A DNA stretch of 64,000 nucleotides from Saccostrea echinata (taxonomy: Eukaryota): the NCBI RefSeq assembly GCF_033153115.1, contig NW_026889763.1, positions 5,332,001 to 5,396,000 of the forward strand, read 5' to 3'. The notes below the pieces were generated by a model. It did no database searches, was not told where the DNA came from, and saw only the letters and a list, made by a program, of their open reading frames with translations. The position numbers and the translations under genes are program-made. Each line of letters starts with the position of its first letter. Positions within the stretch are counted from its first letter, which is position 1. Shown piece by piece: positions 12,758 through 23,700 of the stretch.

Positions 12758-13102
12758 CAATTATTTTAAAGTTAGCGGTAGCATTGAAGATAAGTCCAGT
12801 TTTCATCTGCACACTGCAGACAAATTCAAATCGTCTAGATCCGCAGCGTTCCTCTGGAAAGTCGGTTAAGTTAAAAGTCACAGAAGCATTTATCTTTGAG
12901 GCATCTACTTCAAATACCGGAGTCAGAATGCTGTCGTTGGTGTATGTAACAGTACTGCCATTTTTAAAACGAACTGCTAGATTCTCGTTGCTGCTATACT
13001 GTTTGAGGTATATCTGCTCCCAATCACCACTTGTGATATTAATTCTGCAAGTATGACGTACCACAGTGCCAATTTCACCATATGACGGATCCATCGCAAC
13101 AG
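12758..13102 (-). CDS. SEA-mucin-Ig protein, exon encoding the first Ig-like domain
   Basis: 345-nt phase 1-1 exon (tttag...gtaag): AVAMDPSYGEIGTVVRHTCRI...W...FEFVCSVQ...ATANFKII. Confidence 0.82.
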
Positions 13103-13526
13103 CTAAAACAAAGAATCAGAGATGTGTTATAAAATTCTAATATCTTTATCTATGCAAATAAAAAGATACAATTGCAACTTTCATTAAAATTAAAACATTC
13201 ATTTCCTAGGAATTATTAAAAGTACGCAACATATACTTTCGTGATCAATATAGTTGTAAATTTAAAGACCATAATACTGATAAGAAATTAAAAGGCATTT
13301 CAAAATTGTTCACCCGAAGCCTTCGTTTAATATTGTTACAATAAATTACTAATGATATTTTACTAAAATCTCGTTTAAAGTTAAAATACTGTATGTTTGG
13401 ATCCTATAACTAATGCCAATCAAATGGTATGTTTATCTTTTGAATATGCTGCTTGCTAAATCAAAAATGGATTCTTCTCATTATCTAACTTATAACGTTT
13501 CTTGAATGAAGAAAATATCTATACCA

Positions 13527-13627
13527 AATTAAAAGAAATGTATGAAACAAATAATAACTATGATTTATGGAAAAACGAATTAAAAGAAATGTATGAAACA
13601 AATAATAACTGTGATTTATGGAAAAAA
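13527..13627. repeat. Two-copy ~51-nt tandem duplication
   Basis: AATTAAAAGAAATGTATGAAACAAATAATAACTRTGATTTATGGAAAAA twice. Confidence 0.9.
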
Positions 13628-14096
13628 TCTACTAGCTTTTAAATTTCAATACTTTTTATGTATATTTTAATGTAATTAGGTGAAGATTCATCCTAAATAT
13701 ATAAAAAAAAAATCCTCAAAATCAGACATTCATGTACTATGGATTTTTAAAAAAATGAATACTGGGTAGAATTATTCATTAAATACAGTCTACTTGTACA
13801 AAAATATGAAGAACTTTAATATTTCTGTGTGTCATGCTTCTTGAAAAATAAATATTTACATTTGCAAACGTTTTCTTTTATATAACACTATTAAAAGCAA
13901 CGCGTATCTATATCCGTATAAACACGGGTTCCTCGCGTCATAAACATTCGACGTAATTTCTCAGTGACGTCATAAAGGGTCGACGCGCAATCAATGGATC
14001 AAATACGTGTCGTTGAGTTTGAAAAATAAAACATTTCACGCGTTAAAGATTATAATCAGGAAAACATAAAATATGAATAAGTCATAAATGTAAATA

Positions 14097-14258
14097 TAAG
14101 TAATAATGTGTCATTTTTAAACATCTATCGGGATATAAATACGGGTTGGTACGAGATCAAATTTACCATAAAGCCCTTCGGGCTTTATGGAATTTGATCT
14201 CGTGACCAACCCGTATTTATATCCCGATAGATGTTTAAAAATGATACATTATTTCTTA
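14097..14258. mobile_element. 162-nt near-perfect hairpin, terminal structure of a Crypton-like non-autonomous element
   Basis: Inverted arms around GCCC-TTC-GGGC; same ends and same imperfections as 8210-8369; partial arm copy upstream near 13914-13930. Confidence 0.75.
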
Positions 14259-14361
14259 AATAAAAACAAACTTTTTAGCACTTAATTTCCATATGTAAAA
14301 ATAATAATAATAAAATAAAAATATCAAACAACATCTTTAGGAATCAAAACATATTAAAAAC

Positions 14362-15701
14362 CTGCGAGTTGTTGGGGAGAGATGGTAGTGGACGTCATGG
14401 GTGCTAAACTGTCTGTTGTAGTGGAAATATTTACACTAGAGGCATCGGTAACAGAAGGAATTGTAGAACTGGTGATATTCAAATCAGAAAAGTCTGTCGT
14501 GATGGTGCTGTTATCTGAATTTTGCACGGTTGTAATAGTCATATTTAGAGAAGTTGGAGAAGTGCTACTTGTATCCCAGGAAGATGAAGTGGAGGCATCC
14601 GGAAGACCTGAAGTTGAAGAAGAGTTATAATCTGTATCCATGACCCCTTTAGTGGAAGTGGTGGAATCCAGAAGCACTGATGTTGTGTTTGATGTATCTG
14701 TAGGAATGTTGGTAGAAGATGTGTCTTGAGAATCAAGTGTTGTGTTTGTGAAGGTAGCACTGGTACTTGTTTCAGTGGATGAATCATTTAAATAAGTGGT
14801 GTTGCCTGTAGGAGAGCTGGTAGAAGATTTTGATGAAATTTGAGGAGCTGTCGTTGTAGAATTTTGAATGACTGAAGAAGTGCTATCGTTTTGATTTGTT
14901 GTAGTACGTGAGGTCGTTGTGTTTGTGATGGAAGGACCGGTACTTGTTTGAGTGGTTGATTCATTCAAATATGTGGTATTGCCTGGAGGAGGGTTGGAAA
15001 AAGATGTTGATGAAATTTGAGGAGTTGTCGTAGTAGAGTTTTGAATGACTGTAGATGTGCTAAAATTCTGAGTTGAATCCGATGAAGAAGTAACTGTGGT
15101 TGTATTGAGTGAAGCAGTTGAAGTACTGCTCTCTGAAGTATCCTCTTCTGTAGCCATGACTGTTGCTATCATCGATGAAGTAAGTGAAATACCACTCTCA
15201 GTAGTGTCGCTTTCTGAAGTTGTTTGAGCAATGGTCGTTGATGAAGCCAGTAATGTAGTATCACTTTCTGAAGTAGTTGTTAGTGTGGTAACTGTTGTTG
15301 CGATGGGTGGAGTAGATGATATGCTGCTTAATGTAGTATCAGCCTGAGTATTAGTTGTTGTAGCGGGCGAAACAGTAGAGGTGCTACCTTCTGTTGTAGA
15401 TGTTGAGGAGCTTTCCCCTGGGGTTGCAGAAATTGCAGTTGTTGGTGGAATGGTAGTTGTTGTCAGAGCAGAGCCAACAAATTGAGAATTTGATGTGAGA
15501 GACTCATACTCAGTTTGTTCTTGTCGGATTACTCCAACATCCAATGTTTCTATTTCAATTAACACATTGAATGTATTAGCAAAGGTCACATTATTAGGCT
15601 GCTTTCTCCAGTATTCGGTTATTTCTGTTTTTACATTGTTAGAGGTCACGATTACTTTTGTGTAAAAGAACATTGAGAAACTCACTACGATGCTACCATT
15701 C
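14362..15701 (-). CDS. SEA-mucin-Ig protein, large exon: SEA C-terminal half plus Thr/Ser-rich mucin domain
   Basis: 1340-nt phase 2-1 exon; splicing creates R-NGSIVVSF (SEA G|SIVV motif); ~370 aa rich in Thr/Ser with a duplicated ~59-aa unit (VIQNSTTT.PQISS...GNTTYLN). Confidence 0.88.
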
Positions 15702-15814
15702 CTGTTAAAAGAATAAAATTGTCATCCTTCCATAGCGCTTTTTGGTAAATTGCATTAATTCGAATAAAAATATCTGCAAGCTTTCTCCACACAGTGGCAA
15801 TTCTTTTTACTTTG

Positions 15815-16800
15815 ATGAAAATAGTGAAAATAACGAACAGTGATCGATCTAAAAAATCTTACAATACAAACTTTTCAACAGAGTATAAAACACAAACCCC
15901 CGAAAATTCCAGAGGTGAGATCAAGTGCCAAAGAGGAGTAAGCATCCCCTGTCGACCGGTTATACCCACCGTGAGCTCTACGGATTGATCAGGTTGACGG
16001 AACAATTCGCAGTCAAATCAAGTATAAAAACAAGGGCCTAATAAAGGGTGTGGAATATGTCAGTCAAATACGACCCAATGATAGGTTGTATTTGCTAACA
16101 AGGTCATTATAACGACCATATTATTTACGAAATGCTGATTTTAAGAGGGCTGGGTGGTTGTGGCCATTTTCAGACTATATTGAACTCCTTTAGAAGAAGA
16201 GCTCTATATAAAGATATACAAAAATGATCAAATTTTAAAACTAAAATGTATGAAATTTTTGTTTGCCAAATGATAGTTGACAGCTTAAGATATCATATCT
16301 AAAAAATAAGTTATATCTGATGGTTAATTTGTTGACCCCTCAGCCTCCTTAAATGCATTGTTGAAATCTCTATAAATCAACTTATTTTTCAGTAGCCTGC
16401 CTCGGTTTAAAAATTGATTGCACTCAAGGCATGTTATTGAGTATCGAATAAATTGGGAGGCATGAACACCATTTGCAGATATTTGAATAATACTTCATAA
16501 ATAAAGAAAATTGACGGCGGAAAAGCTGAAGTCTTCTCTTTTGACATACATTTTATTTGTTAGTTGGCCATTATCGTCTATAGTCAGTAAAACATCCAAA
16601 TGTGAAACAGAGGTAGCAGGCTGTATGGTGTCTTTTATTTCGAGTCCGCTGGGATACATCGAATCGACATATGAATAAAAGTAACTATAATTGTTAATTG
16701 ATAAAGAGACGTCGATATGTCTTGAGTTAAAGGTCACTTCTCATGTACGAATTCTTTTTAAATAAATTCTTCATAGGAATACAAAAATAGATGGGTTAAT
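15815..16800 (-). mobile_element. Penelope-like retroelement 3' fragment (degenerate RT C-terminus plus 3' motif), interrupted by a MITE
   Basis: Minus frame HIDVSLSINN...YPSGLEIKDT...SHLD...TNKMYVKREDFSFSAVNF matches the PLE RT palm/thumb pattern; conserved 3' motif at 15910-15972. Confidence 0.7.
16145..16348. mobile_element. Short Kolobok-like MITE
   Basis: TTAA on both sides (16141-16144, 16349-16352); imperfect TIRs GAGGGCTGGG and CTCAGCCTCC; interrupts the PLE fragment. Confidence 0.5.
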
Positions 16801-17004
16801 AAAGGAGCAGAAGTAAACTTATGTAACCTACCTACATATACCTATATGAGAAGTCATTAACTTACAGTGAATGAAGTGCAATATTTCAGAATCAGATTCT
16901 TCCTTATATTTTATATTTTTGGAAGATAGTAATAATTACATGTATCCTTTTATTTCAAGCACGATGTATTGATATCAAATTTATAAAAATGTTGAAGAAC
17001 AAAC

Positions 17005-17069
17005 CGTATTTCTGTAACTAAACAGCCTTTGTAGTCATTGGTGTATTTATTTTGCTGTGAATTCCCCAT
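17005..17069 (-). CDS. SEA-mucin-Ig protein, SEA middle exon
   Basis: 65-nt phase 0-2 exon (tacag...gtttg): MGNSQQNKYTNDYKGCLVTEIR, in frame with both neighbours. Confidence 0.78.
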
Positions 17070-17519
17070 CTGTATAGAATTCAAAAATATAGCAATAAAG
17101 TGTATATTACCATAATAACATCGATTTTTAGTAAAAAACTAGTTTACTACAGTAAAGATTTTATTTTATCTATTTCACGAAATAACAGCATATACCTTTA
17201 TATGTCTTCTTCTCTTTTATACTTTATGAGAGAAGATCTTAAATCTCTTGTATTTGACTTTTTTGTTGTAAATTAAAATGTAGAGGGTTTTAATTAATTT
17301 GTTTCGCCAAATAACACCCTATATAAACTATTTATCATCTCCTTTGTAATACATCACGAGAGAACTGCATTCACTATAATTTCCTTTATGACATTTATGC
17401 ACATTTATCGCAAAGTTCATTTGAGGTTTTTAATCGTCTTAAGGAAAAAAATAAGATTAATGAATGCAATAAAAATTGAAAATTACATTTATCCTAGTTG
17501 ATTTACTATGAAGATTTAA

Positions 17520-19258
17520 GAGCCATTCTCTGTAATGACTTGAACTTTTATATAGGAGCTGTGGCACGCATAGTCTCAGAATTTCTCCAAACTCTCTATG
17601 ATAAAAGTCTTTGATACCGTTAACTCAAATCAGGCAAAAATTGGTTGCTACGTGTCATGGTTACCATAGCAACATGTCCTAAAGTTTGAAAAATGGCATT
17701 TTTCAACATCTTCAGAGTCCCACAGTTAACGTTTGCAGCAAAGCAAACAAGTTGCAATGACTGTTTCTGAAAGTTGAAGGCCTGGTGTCTTAAATGCATG
17801 ATAAACATGTTTGGTAAATCATCTATAACTTACGTTACTATGGAAACAAAGTATTCAAAAGTAATAATTTTGTTCATTTAATTTTATAAAGTCATACACT
17901 TAAGAATAAAAACAATAATAGGTTGAAATGCAAGCAAATAATAGAGAAGAGATCCTTGTAACATATACCAAGGACAAAATATGATATTTCTTATAGGTTG
18001 GCAATGGTTGCCATGGTTTTAATACCACGAAAGGATTTTAAATTTACTCTCTTAGTGTTTTAATCTTATCCTATCTTTTTAAAAAGCATATTTCTATATA
18101 ACTGATGATCAATTTTTAAAGGCCTTGGTGTGACCCTAATTTTCACATTTCAAAGAATTCAATTTTAATTCTTTAAATAGTGCGTTGCTATGGAAATAAG
18201 GCGAAAAAACATGCATAAAAATCTGAAAAATACTCTGTTTCCTTGGATACGTACCGTTGTATGTAGATTCCCAAAACTTTAATGATTGATATATGTGAAC
18301 AACTAACCTGACTTTCAATTGTGACTATCACCCAATCTCTAACTGGATGCAAAAAGCTGGCACATAGGGTCTAATATTGACAAAAAATTAACAAAATCGA
18401 ACATTTTCTCTTCTTGGTTACCGTAGCAACAGTGTTGTATTTTTCAACAACCTTTATCAATATATGATATTCAACTTTAGTTCTACGAGATAAGTACTAT
18501 TCAAGGTGATTCAAATGATATTTTTCTTGATTAAAAGGTTGGTAAATTCCTAAAGCAGCAAAAAAATATCACTTTAAACATCTAGTACGTTGTTTCCATG
18601 GTTACACAGCAAAGTAACAATTAATCTCAATTTTTCTTATGTTGTCGGTGTTGCAAGGCTCTAAGGATGCATATGTGCCAGTCATGAATTTTATTGTTTT
18701 CCCTCACGATGGTAGCATTAACCCAATCATAGCAACAGATTTTGCATGGTGACTCTGTGTTACCATAGCAACCATGAAAGTTATTTTTAGAATAATATTG
18801 CCAATACCTAATTACAGGAGGTCAAATATTTTTCATTGTTTTTCTTACGTTGTTGATTGAGTTTGATCATGTAACATCTATCATTTGTGGCTATAGAGCG
18901 TTTTTCAGCATTTTTCAGCATCTAAAATGTATTCCAAATGTACCCATGGTTACCACTTACTTAGAGATAAATTCTAAATAGTTTCTTTATAGCATAAGTG
19001 GCAACAAGGTGTCATGTTTTTGGGAGAATGGTTTGTTTGTTTTTCTTAGTCTTTATTAAGGCTTAATAAAGATTTAAAGTGGCTGAAAATCTCAATTTTT
19101 TCAACTTTTCTGGCTGTTACCACGGCAACCAAGACACATAGCAACGAAATTTTATTTGATGTATGTTTCTGGTGTCAAGTTGTAATAATGGGCAAAGTTT
19201 CATCAAAATCGGTGATCATGCGTGGCAAAGAAGTTTAAGTGGTTACAGAGAATTGCTA
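17520..19258. mobile_element. Kolobok-type non-autonomous DNA transposon with many GTTNCCATGGNAAC palindromes
   Basis: TTAA at 17516-17519 and 19259-19262; TIRs AGCCATTCTCTGTAA and TTACAGAGAATTGCT; related copy at 61155-62154. Confidence 0.8.
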
Positions 19259-19269
19259 TTAATATTTTA

Positions 19270-19424
19270 NNNNNNNNNNNNNNNNNNNNNNNNNNNNNNN
19301 NNNNNNNNNNNNNNNNNNNNNNNNNNNNNNNNNNNNNNNNNNNNNNNNNNNNNNNNNNNNNNNNNNNNNNNNNNNNNNNNNNNNNNNNNNNNNNNNNNNN
19401 NNNNNNNNNNNNNNNNNNNNNNNN
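19270..19424. other. Assembly gap
   Basis: N run; end coordinate approximate to 1 nt. Confidence 0.97.
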
Positions 19425-20105
19425 GATACTAGCTTTTCATGATGTTTTGACATGCTAAAAAGCTTTATCGGGATCCAATGCATATTTTTTGCATAAACTT
19501 TAGTTATTAAATTGAACAGACCTGATATTTTTTCTTTTGTTTTACAGTGACAAATAATGCCTTTGATGAACATTTTCTTATACTTTATGAGCTCCGAAAG
19601 AAAAATGATAATTTATTGAAATTTATTTGTTTTCTTTTTAAATTATAAAAATATTGTCCGAGAAACCCAACTCGAATTATTACAATTATGCGAATTCGAG
19701 GTAACTCAACAGATGTTAGGGTAGAAGTATTATGCCTTTGCCATTCATCTTCCACGAAGCTGAAAACATTTAAATTGCGCAAATGCACAATGCGCTATTT
19801 CATTCCTCATTTTTTTCCTCATTTTCAGACTAACTTTTAGCAGCTAGCAATAATTATATCAAAATACGGTAAAATATATATATTGTGTGTACATGTAATA
19901 CAAGATTTCAAACTGAACTAATCGAAAATCATGATAGGGTAATCATCATAGTATGTCATCAAAATCCTAACATGGATGAGTAAATGATTTTTCTGGATCT
20001 GTAGAGATCATTATAATGTATAATATTTTTTTTACCATTCTGGATCTGTAGCGATCTGTATTGTAAGTATAATGTTTATTATTATTATTACATTATATTC
20101 TATAC

Positions 20106-20209
20106 CGTTCTGCAGAAGTCCTTCTGGAACTCTATAGAGAGAGTACTGTTAAGGTCACCAAGATTTTTGTCATATTGCCCCTGTAATGTTAATGTAGCTG
20201 TGGCCATAT
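20106..20209 (-). CDS. SEA-mucin-Ig protein, SEA N-terminal exon
   Basis: 104-nt phase 1-0 exon: YMATATLTLQGQYDKNLGDLNSTLSIEFQKDFCRT, fitting the SEA start pattern Y...L.D..S...F...F. Confidence 0.8.
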
Positions 20210-20391
20210 CTGAAAGTTCAACATTTTTCATTTTGAATCGTTTTCTTTTAATTATGTCTACTTGAATTGAGTGACAATAGGATTTTATCAATGTCAAACA
20301 AAGAGTTTAGCAATTGATTGCTTTTTTCTTGTTACTCTTGATTAATCTGCATTTCGTGCAAAATAAAAAAAAAACAATATCCAAAACTTAC

Positions 20392-20406
20392 AGTATTTAA
20401 ATTGAC
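20392..20406 (-). CDS. SEA-mucin-Ig protein, 15-nt micro-exon (GQFKY)
   Basis: Strong tttatttcag acceptor and gtaagt donor; phase 1-1, frame preserving. Confidence 0.6.
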
Positions 20407-20554
20407 CTGAAATAAAAACGGAAAGAATATGTCACAAAAATCGTTTTTTAAAGCATGTAATAAATGTACTGAAACCCAAAATTATAATTAAAAAAAAAAC
20501 TTACTTAAAAGTTAAAAATTCATGTTTTAAGCGAAAATGTTTTTCCCCGTTTAC

Positions 20555-20729
20555 CTTCTTCTATTAAGTAAAGAATGAGAGGAACAAATGCAGTGCCCAG
20601 TAGAAGGATGACCAGAGCAGTGGTTACCAAAGACCAAACAGCGCACCTGCTGGAGCAGCACCTGGATTTCTCTACTGACCCGCTTGTGGTACTACGGCTA
20701 CTGCTGGCTTCTCTTTCGGAATTGATCTT
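20555..20729 (-). CDS. SEA-mucin-Ig protein, cytoplasmic tail and transmembrane exon (type II anchor)
   Basis: 175-nt phase 0-1 exon: KINSEREASSSRSTTSGSVEKSRCCSSRCAVWSLVTTALVILLLGTAFVPLILYLIEE; upstream start exon not identified. Confidence 0.78.
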
Positions 20730-23700
20730 CTACAAACAACCAATGACACATTTCAATTAATTTTACATGCTTTATTCAAGATTACAATGTGGAATAATTA
20801 TTTTGCAAGTTACAGAAGGGGTGCTTGTGGCGGTTCACTTTGATGTAAATAATATAGGAAAGAGAAATTAATAAAACCTCTCATACTGTGAAACTGCTTA
20901 ACTATCACACGTCCTACTTTGTTTTATATTATCTGAAGACAGTATTTTCACTTCAGGAATGCTAGTTCAAGACACTGTTCACTTTTACTCGACACTCCTT
21001 TGATTTAATTGGACTAATATGACTCACATGAAACAAAAGATTCACATTTTATGATGGATTAATTTTTAATTCTTTATTTCAGAAATGTTTATGTAGATCA
21101 TTGGTAATATATGAAAAAAAGAGTTTGGTAACTAGTCTTATACATGTACCATTTTAGATTCCTCAATTTACGTAAAAGATGATTTGAAACGGATCAATTT
21201 CATAAATCTATTAAAAAATACGAAATGTTAATGGGGCAAAAAAGCCCCCACGGCCGGACCCATGGAAACACAGGAGGTGGGATAAGGTGCTTAGGAGTTG
21301 TAATCATCCCCTGTCGCAGCCGCCGGGAACCCTGTAGTTGCAGACTGTGTCATTATAAACAAGTATTCAGAGAGTACTGCAACGAGTCCCCTGCCGGTCT
21401 TTATCGTAATTCCGAAAAATCATTGGAGCGAAATGAAATGTTAATGTGATCTGCATTTCTACAGACAGTGAGACAGACATACATATAGACATAGAAGAAA
21501 CTCGTTATCTCCTCCCTTCCCACCGGTTTCACTAGTGGAGGATTAATTATGGGAGAGGTGACCATACAATACATTTGAAATGAGTGCACACTTAATATCC
21601 TAAAGATATCTTCGATGTAATAAATCGTCCTATGTTGTCATCATTGTTAACATGTTTTTCCAATTACATGTTCAGTAGCGATATCTAATGCCACACATTT
21701 TGTAATGAAATGTAATATATATGAATACGTTGGGGCCATATCCTCTATTATATTTGATGCATGTAGAGAAAATTTGATCAGCCTTTTGTGGCCCTATCTT
21801 AGTCCCATGAACCACGCTATGAACGAATGAACGAACTTTATATTCATTACATACATGTAAGAAAACAACCGATTTTTCTTTCAAATTGTTGTATTTGGGC
21901 TTCTACTTGCTTCTTCTTCGGAATTGATATCCTATTCATAAAGGTACATTTCGATCAATATCACATGCTTTATTGAAGACTACAGGATGGAATAATTATT
22001 TGACAAGATAGAGCAGTTTTACTTTGATGTCTGTAACACTAGGAAAAGAGTACAATGAATAAAACGTTTCATAATGGTGATTCTGCTTTTTGTTCTCTCT
22101 GTCTCTCTCTCCCTCCCCCCTCTCTCTATATATATATCCGAAGACAGTTTTCAATTCAAAAATACTCAATGTTCGACAATGATACTCCTTTGTTTATAAT
22201 GGACTTAAGTAAGTCACAAATGAAGCAAAATATTCATATTATACTGAAACGCAAAAGAAGCGCAACAAGCGGTAATCTACAAATATTTGAATTTTTTATC
22301 TAATGATTTTCAAAAATGAATACAGTAAGGTAAAACTTGATTTATAAACATCAGAGATTTGATAAAAATGTTAAATTATAATCTTTTAACTTTAGAAAGT
22401 AACACATGAATGTTACCCCCCGGTCATTCAATTACAACGTGCAAGACTGCCATGTACAACAGTGGCAGCTTGATTTTTTATGATGCAGTAGGTTTATCAA
22501 TCTCGAGATCTGAGCGAAAGAAATATTCTTTGCCATTTTTAAATGCCTGTTTTTCAGATGATGAGGTCGAATTTTCTCTAGCCAAGTGCAGTGTAGTAAC
22601 CCTTGGACCGTCATTCATGCTAATGATACGTTAGAGCCTGTTGAGGCGTGATGTGTTGTATATTTGCATCTGCAACTCTCCATCACCTTTATTTTGATAT
22701 TTTCCAGCTAGAGCAATGGAAATGCGTACTTAAGTCATTTTTAGGAAGCCTTGGCATCGCTTACGGAAAAGAAAGGAGAATTTATTTTTCGTAACATTGC
22801 TTCATTACTTATGATGAACAGATACAAATTCTTAAAACCCCATATTATTGCCAAATATTTTGTTAAACATGCAATTTTTGATTTCTGTTAAGCGGACTCA
22901 AACTTAACTTCCGGTTATGGTATGAAAATCATTCAACCGTTAAATTACCAATATTTACAAAGTTGAAGATGTCCTTACAAAATTATATCCTATATATAAT
23001 ATTTCCCCCTAAAATAGGATGTTGCGTTTCTTTTGCGTTTCAGTATATATAATGAATTGATATTTTGCATTCTTCTTCATCTTAAAATTTTGTGTAAATA
23101 AATGTTAAGATCAAAATTAATTACAAAATAGTTTTTTTGGTCCTAGTCATATACTATTATGTATTCAAGATGTCTCGCATATCAAATTAAGCTCAAAATA
23201 TCCCAGAATCTAGAAATAAAAGTCCGGAAAAACCTGAGGGACAGACTGACTGGCAGACGAACAGTAAAGAACTCATAGCACTTTCCGGTTTGTGAGGGCA
23301 TTTTTTAGTCTTTTTGTGAAAAAAGGATGAAAAATAACGAAAATATCCCCTAATAAAAACAGTACAATAATTTATGATATAATATAGTATAATATATTAT
23401 ATTATAAAATATATATAATGATACAATATTTGATCACATTTCTTATTTGTGTTTAAATCACAATATTAAATGAATGGAGATTTAATCAATGTTCAAGAGA
23501 ATGGTATCTTGAATGTTGTAAAATCCTGCACCTGTCTGAAATAATTCCTGCTATTTGTTGATACAGAAGTGTATTTCATATTGAGAAAATTAAATATGCT
23601 TACAACAGATGTTAGTGGCGAATATCACAAGGAAGAAGGAACACCAATGCTTAGAGTGGATTTATCTTGATTACTCCTAATTTTCACTTAATGCTTTGTA

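Noticed and set aside
14382-14787. Short antisense and alternate-frame ORFs over the mucin exon (likewise over the transposases, KolX-like and MYND genes)
   Set aside because: Shadow ORFs of real coding sequence with no independent motifs.
19163-19573. ORFs spanning the N run
   Set aside because: Artifacts of translating through an assembly gap.
22416-22707. AG/GT-bounded minus-strand segment as an upstream exon of the SEA-mucin gene
   Set aside because: In-frame stops in both plausible frames examined, and no domain similarity.
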